DNA of 59,330 bases, the filler included, from Sphacelaria rigidula (lineage: Eukaryota), in NCBI GenBank assembly GCA_964200075.2. It is 10 parts of 10 records of this genome, joined end to end, with 100 filler letters (N's around TTAATTAATTAA, not from the genome) between each part and the next. Parts side by side here need not be neighbours in the genome. Positions count along the whole stretch, not along the records: positions 35,661 to 41,503 come from CAXNAA020024024.1; positions 41,604 to 47,446 come from CAXNAA020024025.1; positions 47,547 to 53,388 come from CAXNAA020024026.1; 7 more parts are not named here. One strand, given 5' to 3'. Each line of letters starts with the position of its first letter. The first letter of the stretch is position 1. The position numbers and the translations under genes were made by a program. A model generated the notes under the pieces. That model was given only the letters and a program-made list of their open reading frames with translations, had not been told where the DNA came from and made no database searches. This document shows, in pieces, positions 37,340-51,900 of this stretch.

Positions 37340-40211
37340 TGGTGATGTGAAGACCAAATTTTGGACTTGGGCTCGGTCTTTCCTATCGGTCAACGATCCC
37401 AAGTCCGCATTACGGTTAGGATTACGAAGGTTTGGGGAGCAGATTTACCCTCAAAGTCCGCAGCCAAAAGCCCGTTTTGGTCTTCCCTCGGTTTGGTCTT
37501 TTAGATATACATGCTGTTGGCCGAAAGGCCCGAAGGGTTTTCCGTTCCCCCGGCACATACCAGACCAGCTCCCATCATCGCGCGTAGGGCGCACACCAGG
37601 CCGCACGCCGAGAACGGTTGGTGTGACAGTGGTGTTCTCATGGAGTCGGCACAGCAGCATATATTATGCACAAAGAACGGGTGTTGGGCACAACTTGGCA
37701 CAGACAGCGAGTAGCTCGAACAACACAAAACAAACGCGACGTTCATCCGGCTTGCACGAAAGTTAAGAGCACGAGAAGGGAGCAAGCATGTGATACAGCA
37801 GGAGACGCTTTTTTTTACTCACCTCCCACAGATGAGGGTAACTCAAGGTGAATTGCAAGATTTTTGCGAGAAGCGCGATCATGGCCGAGCGTTCAAAAAT
37901 TGGCACTCGGCAAGAACTGAGGACCCGTCTAAAATGACGGGAAGAACTATGACATGGGACATCTGCTATTTCACCGTGCTGCAGCACAAACATACTCACG
38001 CTCTCTCTCATGTGCTGTAGCTGTCACTGTGGTGTGGTTCGGTCGGACCTTTGCGAAGACGGTTTGGCGTCCGCTGGGATTGCGTCAGTTGCCTTACTGT
38101 CACTGCCTTGTTTTTTACAGAAAATGAGGAGAAATGTGTTTTTCGGTACGCAGTGCTATATCTACACACTACTGTTGTGTGTTGGCTGTTTCGCCTTTCA
38201 TCAAACGAACAAGACGCTTCCCACACCCATCATTTCTATGCTGTAGTTGTCGCTGTGCTGTTGTGCATTTGAAGACTCTACGACGACCATGGTGTGATGT
38301 GCGCTGGAGAGTGCCTGAAGGGTTGTAGTGCTACATGGGGCGTTCCGGTAAGTACAGAAGTGGGGTGAGATCAAAGTGCTGTACAGTAGCTACTTTACTG
38401 CCTGTACATAAGGGTGAAACGATGAAACGATCCCGTGACGACTGTGCAGCTGTCTGTTGCGTCTCCGTCCGTAATTCAGCTGTAGTCGGGTGCTGGGATC
38501 GGAGAAGACACGCAAGGCGGACGCGTGCACATTGGGGCGAACAAACTGAGCCAGCATGGAGCTGCTCTATCCCGAGCGTTCGATTATAGGAGCTGTCCGC
38601 CTTGATGTCCCATGTAACAGTTCTTCCCCCCATTTCAGACGGGTTCTCATTTTTTGCCGAGTGCCAATTTTTTAACGCTCGACCATGATCGCGCTGCGGG
38701 CGAAAAACTTAGGTATGGCCCAGCGTTTGTAAACCGCCACTCGGCCAAAATCGAGCTCATCCGAAATCAGGGGGAAAACTATTGCATGGGACATGTCCTG
38801 TATCACTGTGCTGCAGCCCAAACACACTCATGCGCTGTCTCTTGCGCTGTAGCTGGCACTGCGCTGTGGTGTCTCCAGGCCTTTTCGAAGACGGTTTGTC
38901 TCCGCTGGGATTGACTGCGTGAGTTGCTTTGTTACTGTCGTGGCCTTTGTCTCTTCGAAAAGTCATGCTGTCAACACGTAGTGCCCTCTAGACACTGTTA
39001 CTGTTGACACCTTCATGGTGTGTTGGCTATTTCGTCTCGAGTCAAACGAACAAGGCGCTTCCCAAACCCACCATTTATATGCTGTAGTTGTCGCTGTGCT
39101 GTTGTGCATCTAAACACTCTACGACGACCACGGTGCGATGTGCGCTGGAGAGTGCCTGAACAGTTGTAGTGCTGCATGCGGTGTTTCGGTCTGCACAGAA
39201 TCATTTATCGCCCTTTGGAGGAATGATACTTGGTTTGGGACTGAACACGAATAATACACTTTACAATACGACCTACTGTCTGTCACCTAGAGTTTACCTG
39301 GATGCTCCGCGAATATAGAGAAAATACTGCAGGAGAAACCCTCATGACTTTACACCCACCCGCACTCAAGTGCGGACAAAGTCAGTATCAGTTGTTCATC
39401 TTCGCTGGACTCAGCAGCAAGAAACAGTGAGCGTGCATCGTTCTGCACTCAACACAGCCTACTGCACGCTACTGGTGTCTCTGCTTAGTGTTCCACAACA
39501 ACACTACAGTGTGGAGTTATGCTGGCAACACAAGAGGGGTCAGGCAGGCGGCAAAGACAGGCCACGAGTAAAAAGTACGTCGTTTGTCCTCGTGTGATTC
39601 ATGATTTGTGATCAAAATGACTCTCCTGGTCTGCAACAACTGGATACCGATACACGTCGCATCAATCGCTGCCTGTGTCAATTTGTGCTCAAAATACTGT
39701 TTCGTTGTGCATATGTTGCTGTGATGACCTCAAGAGAACACCATTTCCACACCATCACCCGTTGATTCGCCATGTTCTGGGCGTGTGCTCTGGTGCTTGC
39801 GATTCATATTTTGAGATCAAAGTGATTCTCTTGGTCTGCAACAACTTCTGTGAAAATCGGACACACATAACGTCAATCGCTGTCGGTGTCAAGCTGTGCT
39901 CAAAATACTATTTCTTTGTGCATATGTTGTTATGCTGACCTCAAAAGAACATCACTTCCACACCATCACCCGTTCATTCGCTAAGTTCTGGGCGTGTGCT
40001 CTGGTGCTTGCGCGAGCAGCGAGGTGATTGGTGCGGTGTGTGTTGTTGGCAGGACGGTTACACGTTATATGTCACGCCTGGTGGCCAATAACATCTCCTA
40101 TTAATAGTCCAAACCGAGCGAAACGCAACCATCGGACATTGGACTGACTTTGGACTTCGGGGGAATTACCAAGTCCAAGTCCTGACCCGAATTTGGTCTG
40201 CGCAAACACCG
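37340..40211. mobile_element. 2.9-kb non-coding DNA transposon derivative with ~350-bp diverged TIRs and TA TSD
   Basis: TA|tggtgatgtgaagaccaaatt ... aatttggtctgcgcaaacaccg|TA; 37510-37712 is inverted at 39877-40095; internal direct duplications (38200-38360 vs 39040-39200; 39660-39800 vs 39870-40010). Confidence 0.7.
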
Positions 40212-41332
40212 TAATCATCGTTTATTTGTGGTTCCTCTGCTTTGTTTTGGGATTCAAGGAAGAAGTAATGACCGTTCGATCTCATATAGGTGATGGCGGT
40301 GACGGTACTGGAAAGGCGAGCTCACGTCTGCGACCGCAGGTTTGAGAGATCGGGCTAATGTGCGAAAATAGTAATAAAATGATGATAAAAATAATGATGA
40401 TAATGATAAGAAAAAAATAATACTAAATACTAATAAAAAATAAAAAATAACAGAATAACAGAATAATTATAATAAAAATGAATAAATGATGATAATATAA
40501 GAATGCGGAAGACATGTCTTTGCAGTGACACATCAGAGACTGATGTCACACATTTATAAAGAACAAGCGCATGCAGGTACTGGGTATTAACGACCCGAAA
40601 GTAACCGACTACTCCTGACCCCGTGAAGCCGATCCCAGAAAACTCGAGGTGATGCCAGAACACGAGCCCGATAACATGGTGGCCAAGCATCCCCGAGGAA
40701 ATGGCCCGCCTCACGCGGCCCACTCTTGAGACCGGCTCACTTCTTGCCTACATCGACACAAGAAAGCATCGCCCAGCCTCGGAGTTCCTTCGGCATCAGG
40801 GCGACGTCGACAACAACAGTCTTACCGGTAGGTCTCTGCTCACGCGAGCGATATACCTTCCATGTTAAAAATAACTGATCTTACTGGTTCACTTGTCTTC
40901 GTTGATAGCACAGAGTGAAACCATTCCCGCTTTCACTCACTACAGGTGTAAGGTACTGTAGATAGATCTCAAAACTCGTGTACGAATGAAGAAGGATTGA
41001 AGGTTTTGATTTTGATACTATTTCTCATTTAAAAAAAAAATGTGCATTTATTTTTTTTCGCTTTTTCATCATTTCAATCTATCATACCAGAAAAAAAAAA
41101 ACTGTTTCAAACCGTACAACCATGATAGTGCTCTTCAGTATTCCACGTTTTTGCCCCTCTTTATTTTGTCCTTTCAAATATCTCTCCTTCCGATCGCGAG
41201 CCTGAACAAAAGGATGCTGTTGGGTAAAATTACTTGTTTCGAAAGTATCTTGTCCCTTCCGATCTCTAGTCCAAATGTAAGGAGTACTGTGGGATAAAAC
41301 TGTATACTGATGAGTGTACAAAGTAAAAAAAA

Positions 41333-41395
41333 GTGGTGTACTCCTTTATTGCTTGCCTTAATCGTTTGACCATTGACTACACATTCCTTTCAGGA
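41333..41395 (-). repeat. Dispersed repeat homologous to 1000-1060
   Basis: Reverse complement gaaaggaatgtgtagtcaatggtcaaacgattaaggcaagcaataaaggagtacac vs gaaagggatgcgtggtcaatggtcaaatgactaaggcaagcaacaaatgagtacgc. Confidence 0.75.
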
Positions 41396-44300
41396 CAGAA
41401 CAAAAAAGAAGGGGGGGGGGGGGGGGGGACAAAAGAAGAAGCCACTTTTTTTTCGGGCGGGGGGCCCGAACAAAAACAATCCATCGATCGGTGGAGGATA
41501 AGANNNNNNNNNNNNNNNNNNNNNNNNNNNNNNNNNNNNNNNNNNNNTTAATTAATTAANNNNNNNNNNNNNNNNNNNNNNNNNNNNNNNNNNNNNNNNN
41601 NNNCCCGGTCGCCCAGAATGAGGTTTTCGGGAAATTGGGGGGGTGAACACCGTTTTCCAGTCTGTAGGGCCCCTTGGTCCAACGTGTGCAATCTACTCTC
41701 TTTTGCCCGGATGCGCACCTCTAGACGAGGAAAACTCGCCGGGGTAAAACTGCGGGACGCCAACGTGCGCAACTTGCGGCACTATACCCGATTTCGCCGC
41801 GAAAGGCATCATCGTGCAGTGCTCCACATTAATCCTTCGACCATTCACCTATTTCAGTACTCGTCGTCACAGGACAGTATCGTCGGTTGACAGTCTAGGG
41901 ATATACGGTGCTGTCTGTACTGCTACGTCTCACAGCCGTGGACACCACGTGCTTAGTAAGTTCTCAGTATTACTGCCAGTAGGGTACTGTCTGCAGCATA
42001 TGACAAACAGATGATCACTACAACTGTCAGTATTATGGCTTTTGGGACCCTGTCCAACGCGGTGCGTAGCCGATGTCGGCTGTCGGCAAGACCTCAAACA
42101 AGAGCTCAAGAGGACAGGCGGTACGTCGGTGGAGAACAGCAAAACGTCCTCATTATTACCTCTTCCAACGCTTCAAGAAATAAATAATACAATACAATGC
42201 TCGTGGCTGCCCTTGTGTTCATGTCGTTCGACATCTATGTTCTATGCTTGTAGTACGGAAGTTGAGTTAGAGTCGAGTCAGCAGTCAGCAGGGGTTTGTG
42301 CGGGACGGAACAACAGTAGAGAGTAAACCTGAAAAAACAGTGTCGCACTTTGCAACACCCCACGTAAAACACCCATGCACTCCTTGCCAACATTTTTTTC
42401 TACAGCACGCGATACAACGGGTTCAACCGGTCAATAAGTGCCCATGCCCCGCTACCCCAGGGTCGATGAAGTCAGTGCAGTTTGTGTGAAGTCGTACTCG
42501 CCTTTTCGGTGTGCAAGTGCCCAGGCATGCGGACGATTTCGTTCGGGAAATGGCGGCGGGGTTTCGAGGGGTCTTCTTCAGGGAAGGAAGCTACCGCTGT
42601 GGCAGCGAGCAGCGCCGCTGCGATCAAATAGATCTTGACCATAATGGCTCAAGTTGATATTCCGCTCTGTCGTTCTTATCCCCGTCGGAGTCCGTCACTT
42701 GAGCGTCTTGCGCTTTGTCGCCGTCGGCGACTTCTATTTTCTGTGCACCACACTAGGCTTCTTACTCGTGCAAGTTCCGTTGTTCATCATCTACGGACTT
42801 CGCACAGTATGCTTGCTTAGAGTACGTGTAGAGGCGTAGTCTTTTCTTTTCAATCAATCATCCGATTCCTGGTGTAAACAGCACAACAAGTCCTACCAGT
42901 GGCAATGCTATGCTTTCCTCTTGCTTGCCGTTCCCTGCCGACACGTCCGCTCCATGTTCCCTCGATATTCGTGATTGTCGTGTTACATTTTATTGCCGGA
43001 TTTGTAAAGCCTGGATCCGGCCACACCTCATGATCCGATCATTGATCCAATGCACGTTTATTCCTTATTCCCGATCTGTCAACCCCAGATCACGCTACGC
43101 CCGATCCTCCACGTGTACTTGTACTCAGGATTGAAGCGAGGGAGCTGACACGACTCTGAACCAATCAAAATGGCTCAGAAGTACCCACCCAAGAGGACCA
43201 TCAGCATGGGAGTTGGCGACGAGTCCAGTCCCGTAAGTGTGTATGCAGTACGTGGTCTGCATCATATGCATACTTCTGCACATGCTGCACTTGCAATAAT
43301 GGTACGACTACTGTACAACTGCATCAGGAGGTATGACGACAGTACTCCACTGCTGTTTTTGCTGCTGTGCTGTAGTGCACGATACCGTCAGAAGGGTGAT
43401 CTGCACCACGATCGTCTGCGCTCTCGTCCCAAACTACTGCGTAGCCAGTTGGTCTTGAAAACGATGTGTGCTTTAGTATTTAGTTTCCGAGTGTCATGGT
43501 AGCATGATCACTGGTTTGTGTGTTGTCTGTACAACTATACTCTTATTTGTATACACATGCAGGCGTCGCTAGCTGCGTACCGCTGATGAGCGGCCCCCGC
43601 AGCCGTATAGAGGTATTTCCACTTTTGTCAGAACTACATTACTCTAATGCTGTCCTGCGCTGGGCTGTGCGGTAGCTGCACAGCAGCCAGTATAGTGCTG
43701 GACTAAAGTATGATCTCCGCAGGCACACGCCAGTCAAACCACGTACGCGTACCCAACAAGACTCTGAGGGCTATAGCTGGTATTTGAAACATCTCCATTT
43801 TGCCAACGGTTTTTTTAAAATTTGGGTATACCCGCTGTACGGTTATACCGCCATCAACTTCAATCCATCACCAAAATCTACGTATTATTTCGAATCTCCA
43901 CCGACTAGAACACCGCAGACGACCCGACACCGCGTAGTTCAGGCCTGTTCGTCAGGCCACTCTGAACATTCGACAAGTTTCATGAGAGCCTGGTTCACCG
44001 CCCCGTATCTATCTGCCTGCTTGGTCTGATGCTCCAACTGACACCGTTAGGTAGGGTCGAAAAACATGTTTTCGACCCCCACCAGATGCTGTAGATTTTT
44101 TCTTTCAACTCTTACTCTTAGACGGACAGCGAGGGTCGCCTCGGAACAGTTTCACAGACTGACAGTCTGGAGACATACGGGGGTTTGCAGTCGGCGGGGG
44201 GGTGATTTCTGGGGGGTTGGCATCTGCCCGCAGAGCAGCCGGGAAAACACACACAGTCAACCATGTATGTTTCGAAGTTTCCCGCGGAAGATTCTAAGCC

Positions 44301-45516
44301 ATGAACGAGGCCCGAGAGGCGTGAAGTGACCATTCTGACCAATCACGGGCGTCAAAATGAGTCCGTAGTTCCCCTACAGGTGGGTCTACTATTATGTCTA
44401 GCGGTATTTCCCATTTTAGTCATGGCAGTTCAACCATAGATTACATGGGCACAAATACGGTGTTTCGTACTCTGCTCGTGGTGTGTGCCGCATGTCTGAC
44501 ATCTCATCTATTGCCAGCGTAGCTTCTAGTGTTGAACAGTCTCACGCCAAAAAAAGCAACAAGTCAACTGCCAAGATTCCCGCATACGAAAATCATATGC
44601 ACCTCATGTATCTTTCGACGGCTTGACAGGGTTTAGCACTGTATTTTCAGTATAAATCAAGGGTTATTTTGCTTGTGGATTTCTCCGCCGTGTCAGTTCC
44701 AACCAGCCTGAAAGTTGGCACAGAGGTAGACCATAACACAGACACCATATTCCCGGAGAGGCGGCACGTTTTACGTGGTGCGCTAGTTGCACGAAGCAAA
44801 ATACGGATTTTGGGCAATGCCATCGATACGCCCTCAAAACGCAGTCCCCTCGGCCCAGACTGCGTGAGACGTCAGTGGATGCATATGTTGACACGCAGAT
44901 ACGCTCACTTCCTGCTGGGTGGCTCCTGCCCCGGCAAACGAACACATCGATCCGTATTGGGCACACTCTGGATGATGTCATTCTACGCGGTACCTATCTT
45001 GGTATCGCCCGCAGAGGTGCTCACTTCAGGAGACACGGCCGTGCAAGCGCTGTTGGTGCTTTTACGTGCTGAAACTTGGACCACATCTCATGTAGACTAC
45101 AGACAACAACCCCATCTTGCTGGATCTTGGGTTGCGCGGTGTGTGCGTGCGTATTGGGGCGAATAGATGTCGGATTCTGTTCCGATCTTTTTTCTTTTTC
45201 TTTGGGCGTGAGACTGTGAAAATCGAACGGAATAAAAAGTTCGATACGATGTTTTTTAAGTATCGCCGACAACGCGTCAAAATCGATATTTTTATCGATA
45301 CTCGGAATATGGCCAAACAACCGGTTTTCTGGTTTTCTGAGCCTTTTATGCTGGTTTTGAAGGATCGTTTTTTCAGGAAAAGGGGGGACCGATGATGTGA
45401 ATGAAGTACCCCCTGCCCTTGGTAGCGGGTGCCCCCCCCGCGAGAGCCAGTTTGCGTATCGAAAGTTTCGTCTTACAGGCTGGTTCAGGCTTATCACCGA
45501 AAAGCACTCATCAGCA

Positions 45517-46900
45517 AAACCTCACGCCGTTTCAAGGAGTTAGACCCTGAAATTTTGCATAGATGTTCTATGGGGCACTACGCAACTTTCGAAGGTCGAG
45601 GTTTTTCGAGCTTTTGGCTTTGTTCACCGTTTTTCGGGGTCCCAGTTTTGCCGGGGAAACATCGATCCAATCGGACCCCCGAAATACGGTAAAAAAACAA
45701 ATTAAAAAATCTCGTTCATGAAGAGTAGCGTTATGACGCAGAGAAAAGTTGTGCAAAATTTCAGGGTCGAACTCGTTGAAACGGCGTGAGGTTTTTCGCT
45801 CTACTGTAGTGCGATGAACTTTGACGTGCCGCGGTGAAACTACAAACTATTTGATTTCAGTAACAAAACGGCGTTTTGGGGCCTTCTTTGACGCGAACAT
45901 GAAAACTCACGCATCCTTCGATCGATTTTTGCGACGAAATTTGGGGGGGGAGCTCCCTTGGGTTGTGCGGCCACAGCTTGCGCACGAAAAAATGAAAAAA
46001 AAATGTCGTAGTGCCGGTTTTCCGGGGTCCCAGAATGGAGACTACTTCGGAAAACGACTTGGATCCCGTCGGAGCCCCGAAAAACGGTGAAAAACTCAAC
46101 AAGTGAAAAAAATCTCGTCCATAGAAATATGCGTAGTGAAACATGGCATATTTGTGCCAAGTTTCAGGGTCTACCTCCTAATAACGGCGTGAAGGTTTGC
46201 GCGTTTGTGGAGGACGTGGGCTTGAAACGTGCAACTCTTAACTACTTGGTTTTAGTATGTAAAGTTTTTTGGGTGAATTTTACGTGAAGGCAAGAAAAAC
46301 TGTATGAGGTTTACGAGTTTCTCCACCAAACGTTGTGCATGTGTTCCTTGGGCTATTCCAGGACGCATCATTTCATTACCTTTTTTTTTACGGCATTCTG
46401 TACCGCCTCCCGAGAATCTTCACACTGGGACCCCCGGAAGCCTGTAGAGATCGGAGAAACCATGGAATATTGTCAAGAATACAATTTTTCCATTGGAACA
46501 ATTTGGAGCATCAATACCTACGGAACTACCAAGTGTGAGGGTGATCTGAGCTTTTCTATAACAGATTAAGGGGACACCGTCACGAGGCTCCCTGGGTCTT
46601 TCGTGCGCATAATTGGTGGATTTTGGACGACGCCAACACCCGACATCACCATCACGGTTTCGGGTATAATTCAACCCCCGTAGAAACCGTTTTGAATTAC
46701 TTTTTCTTTCCCGTTAGATTCCCGAGCAGATGACGGGTTACTGCGATTTGGAGCATATGGAGATTATTGGGTAAAAAGTGGGCTTGGAATTCGTAATTTC
46801 GATCTCTGAACAGTTTGACGGGCGCTCATTGGTAGATATACTTTTTCGCCCTTACCGCCACCACTATGGTCTTACACACAAATCCGGCTATGTCACGCTC
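45517..46900. repeat. Complex TE-derived repeat with an internal 45-bp inverted repeat (45517-45561 / 45750-45795) and tandem subunits
   Basis: aaacctcacgccgtttcaaggagttagaccctgaaattttgca is inverted; 45630-45800 is repeated at ~46020-46200; homologous to the contig 5 foldback. Confidence 0.65.
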
Positions 46901-47704
46901 TCAGCTGTCCATGGCAGTCAGTATGATATCATGTATGCGACTATTGGGTAGGTATTGTGAAAGGCATTTGCTGATGACACAATTTTGGGTGATGAGCATG
47001 AACCAGCCTGTACCAGCTTGCGATTCCGATACTGAGAATTACCGAAAATCGCGATCGATACTCGATATTTCGATACATGATTTTCAACACTGGTAGCTTA
47101 ACCCTTAGACGGAGACCCCCCCGCTGGCAGACTGAGGTAGACACTCCACTTCTTGGATCCAGAATCATTCCTTTGTCACAACTCAAAACGCCTACTCTAC
47201 GGCGGAAGGGACCGGGAGTGCATAAGAGGCATGGAGTTGCGAGAGTCATAACACAGACGGTGGTGTGGTTGTCGACCACGTGATTATTACGCCTCATATT
47301 TTTGCTGTGCAGTCTGTAGTATATCGTGCCGCGGCTGCTCGTGCGGTCTGCAGCGTACTGGATCTTACAGTGTTTAACGTGCCGAGTGTACGCAGCGTGC
47401 GTTTGGATATCGCACCATGACTACCGCCGCGAACGCCCCTGACTACNNNNNNNNNNNNNNNNNNNNNNNNNNNNNNNNNNNNNNNNNNNNTTAATTAATT
47501 AANNNNNNNNNNNNNNNNNNNNNNNNNNNNNNNNNNNNNNNNNNNNGGTCTCATACGGATCTTTCGTAGTGTGGGTGCCCTTTTTTTTTTTTGATGTTCT
47601 TGTTTCTTGCCTTCTTCTGCGGGCTGTTTGGGTTAGGGGTATAGTGGTGGTATCCTCCTTGCACTCCGTGACCACGGATTTGAGATATCGAGCTAATGTG
47701 ACGG

Positions 47705-47707
<3 letters not shown>

Positions 47708-47750
<43 letters not shown>

Positions 47751-47763
47751 CGTAGCATGACTC
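47708..47763. repeat. (TAA)n microsatellite abutting a Sola-like right TIR (atcgtagcatgactc)
   Basis: About 14 TAA units, then the reverse complement of GAGTCATGCTACGAT. Confidence 0.8.
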
Positions 47764-48989
47764 AAACATCTGTACACGAGATTCGTACCCGTTCTGGGAC
47801 TTTCGCTGCGTAGCGATATACGTCACTCGTAGCTAGTTTTTTATTGTTGTTCTCTTCTCGTGTGCTTCGCACATCTGTAGAGCGGCGCCGTCCATCACCG
47901 CGATAATTAGCAATACACAGCCTAAACGACCGTTGGGTTTTATCACTGAACCTCTTTCGGCCAAAACAAATGTATTTTTTCCGAGACACGTTCCTTTCGC
48001 GAAAATACGCGCCTGTGACATTCCAACCTACCAGCCGCTAGTTGTCCTTCCCCACAACTCAGTTGTTGTGGCGATTTCCAAAACTACGCTCTAATGCACA
48101 CGCCGCATTGATAAATTCCAGACCTACGTTACTTGCTCAGTTGGATCACGCGGCACTCAAAACCAGTGCCCCTTTGGTGTGTAACTCTTTTTTGCGACAC
48201 GCCCTTAGCGTTGCTCCTGCTGCGCAGTACTTCAACTTTATTTTATATGAACTACGTTGTCACCACTCCGTTGTGTGACAAGCCTTCGTGCTGCACTACG
48301 CCGCCCGATACTACGGTCCCCATTTCAAGCTTTTGTTGACACCTCTGTGCTTCCCTACGCCGCACGTCCCTTCGGTGCTCATTTGATTTTTTTCTGGGCA
48401 CCGCCAGTCGTTTCCCAGCTTAAGCTAGGATAATACAGTCGTGGTCTAACCCTGACGACGACACAGTAAACATGTATGAGTTGCACTACTCTCAGGTACC
48501 AACGCCGCTACATTCAATTGGATTTGAGCATTTTTCGACGCCGTGCGTCTGTCCCGTGCGCGATCCCGAGCTTCTGTTGCTAGCCATTACCGCCACAACT
48601 TCGATAGTTGTATTAGACCAGACCCCCGGCATTGTTGTTACGTACAGCAATTAGGTTGACTAACAACACTCGAGTTTATCGGGTTCCCACGAAGGTCTCT
48701 CCAGGCGCTATAAACCTTCAATATCCCGTATTTCTGAACACACCCTTCGGCCGTTGCACCTAGCATTTCTTGGAGTCACGCTCCTTTGATTAGAGCCCGA
48801 CGACCAAACACACTGCTTCTCCTTTTCTTAGCACACAAGTTGTGTACGACGAGGTTCATATCGCACAGAAATAACGCCACCTCTTCCCCTCAATTGGGAA
48901 AGCAACCACTTCGCCGGACTCGGAGTCACGCCACTGGCGGTTGGAAATCTTTTGATATGAGTAGCGCGTCACCTTCGACCACTCGATGA

Positions 48990-51900
48990 ATGTACGCAAG
49001 CGCTGCTCGATCTTCGGGATCGGAAGACCAACCTTCGAGCGCTGTTCGTCTCTCGGGGCTTGAAGAAAAGACTATGAAGCTGCCCTCCGATTCGGACTCG
49101 GAGAACAGGATTGTGCCACTGGCTGAATCATTGGCTCCTAACAGACATGTCAGTAAACCCAAAACGGTAGATTCCGTTGCACCCCCCTCGCTGCGGCCTG
49201 TTCTTCCGGATCCCGATATGGAATCCGAAGACACGGATGTGCCCCCAGCTGAGTCGTTGCCCCTGGACATACGTGTCCAGCATGGCCCTGTTACGGTCGA
49301 TTCAACCGTGGCACCCCGTCGAATGACGGTTGACAAATCTCGAGACAACTCAGTCTCGACGAAGCATATCGCTTCTGAAGCAAGAGATACTGTCACGCGG
49401 GTTGCTTCCATTACGGACCCCAATCGCATGACTCCTGGCAGTCTAATGCGCCCTGCTTCGCAGTTCAGTGTCGGACCAGCAGTCGCGGCCATGCATTCTG
49501 CGCTGAAGCATCTACCTCGTCCTTCTTCGGCGTCATCGGACATGCCAGTTCCAGCTCTAATCGAGGCATTAACAGCTTTTTGACACGCCGCGTTCCGAGA
49601 CCAATCGGCCTCCGCTCACGTGCAATTCAATGATGACTCTGCACCTACCGCGCCCGAGCCCGTATGTTTGGCGTCCCGATCGGCAACACCGCGTTCTCCG
49701 TCCGTCTCTCATGAGAGTTTCAACGAACACGAGTCCAGCCCCTCCTCTACTTCGCACCAAAGTCTTGCTCGCGCTTCCGGACGGCGCCGCACACCGACAG
49801 TTGGTCACAACCACATCACCCGTGCTGGTATTCCCAAGGACAACTCCCGACACAGCTCCAATGCATTGCGCGTCCTCGCACGCCCGATGAATGTCGATCG
49901 TGGTCGCACGTACGAAGGTAGCTCACGGCACAGTTCCAATTCATCGCGCACTCCAAAGCGCCCAATGAATGCCGACCGTGACCGTACTCACGAGGATTGT
50001 TCGCGGCATAAATCGAATTCATCGCGTGCCACATTGCGCTCGAAGAACGCCGATCATACAACCGTGCGCACCCCTCCCGCTTCGCCTCGGTCACGCCGCC
50101 GTCATTTACGCAATGATAATACCGTACATTCTGCTGACATCCATGGTATATTTTCGGACATGTTACCGGCTCTTGAATCCTCAATAGAAGGATCCAGCCG
50201 TAATTCATCGCAAAACCGACGACCCAGCACTGACCGCAAACCCCCGTCCCGCTCTGATGCTGCGACCATTCGCTCTCTGCAACAACAACTCGCAAATCTC
50301 AAGCGAACACTAGCTAAGACCAACATGGGGCACAAAGGAGTAACCGCCGCCGCTGCTGCCACGGCCGCCGCGCCCCCCATTACAGCTACTACCGTCACGG
50401 TTCCCACCACAGTTGCCGCCCCGTCTGCCGTCGATATCGACCTGATAGTGGGCCCGCAACTTATCCCGTCACGGATGCTCCCAAACCCCTGACTCCGTCT
50501 GTGGAAGATGTCCCTCCGCTTGGTGATGAGAACTGTCCAACTGGCCTCCTCTTGAGGCTGTTCGGGAATCGTCCCCGCGCGGAACAAATGACGCTGATCA
50601 AGGATCATGCCTTGGAAGCGCCAGCGCTTGCCAAGTATATCCTCGATCAACAACGCGAGGCTGACGCCGCCGCTGCACGCCTCCTCATGGGGGAACATGC
50701 TGACAAGCAACGGGATCTTCAGCGGCGGGCCTCACACGCGAAAACGACGAACATGGCTGCCCAACGCGCCCTTCAGGAAGGTCGCACTGCTACCATGGTG
50801 GCCCAGAGACCGGTGCGGGACCTGGAGAACCATGTCCAACGGACCGCTCACGACGCGGCTACAACGGTGGCCCGTCTGACCAACCATCAGGCCTCTCCGC
50901 CGTCCGCCGGTAACCTGCTCAGTGGTCGCCCTCCTCACCCGCCTTCGGCCCACACGGCCCAGTCCAAGACCGGCCAGTCGACTCACAAAATCCCACGTTA
51001 GTTTAACCAACCGTCTTATGCTGCGGCCACCGCCGTCCCCAAGACGGCCCCAACACCCCCGCTTCGAGCCACTATCTCGGCTGCCAATGCCGGCTCGACA
51101 CCAGGCCTGCAACTCACGCACCTCGTACGAATGTGGCTTACTCGTTCTGCGGTCGAATATACCAGCCCGTTTCACAAGCCCAATCACGTCCACTGTTCCC
51201 GCCAGGCTTGGAACTTGGTGTCCCAACGTCTACACCGCGTTGTTGGCCTTTACGTGGACCAGGTCGGATTCTTCCAAGAGAAGGGCATGACGTCCCTCAC
51301 CCTGGGCCAAATCATCTTACATATGACCATTGGCGCCGATCTTGATCAACCTCATTACGTGGAAACTGTCACCGATTGTTTTGCGGCGCCACGTGCCGCC
51401 TACAACTCTGATCCCGACACCACCATCGCCGACGATGACCAGGATGACGATGGCTAGACTCCCATGAGTGCCAACTGCAGAGGAAAGAAGAAGAACCACC
51501 GGCGGGATGACGACGACAACGATGGAGGAGGCTCACGCCGCCGCCATGGTGGCCGAGGATTTTCCTCGTGTGGTTCCGGACCGAACCGCCCGGTCCACAA
51601 TAACCGCGGCCCGACACGAAAGAACACAGGGGGCAATTCTTCCGGATCTTCCGTGACAGGCTGGAACCGGTCTAGCACAGACCTGCCCCCCTCGGGTTCG
51701 GCGGCACCCAGGCAAGTGATACCTAAGTTGGCCAATATTTCGGGTCGCTTTTTGGGTTTATCTGATACGGACACACCAGACCGTCTATTGTCTTCTACTG
51801 CAGTCCGCGCTTCAGCAACCGCTGCGGCCGACAAAGAACGTTCCGAAGCTAGTAAAAACGAAGCTTGCGATAAAGTCGAGTTCCCCCGAGAAGCTGCAAT

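Noticed and set aside
33780..38633. Repeated small ORFs (MKRSRDDCAAVCCVSVR...) as a peptide gene family
   Set aside because: They fall inside copies of a non-coding TIR element and their frames are not conserved between copies.
43170..43232. Possible first exon MAQKYPPKRTISMGVGDESSP|gtaagt
   Set aside because: Good donor, but no recognisable homology or supported downstream exon.
44669..45166. 165-aa ORF as a gene
   Set aside because: No motif or clear splice structure; lies among repeats.
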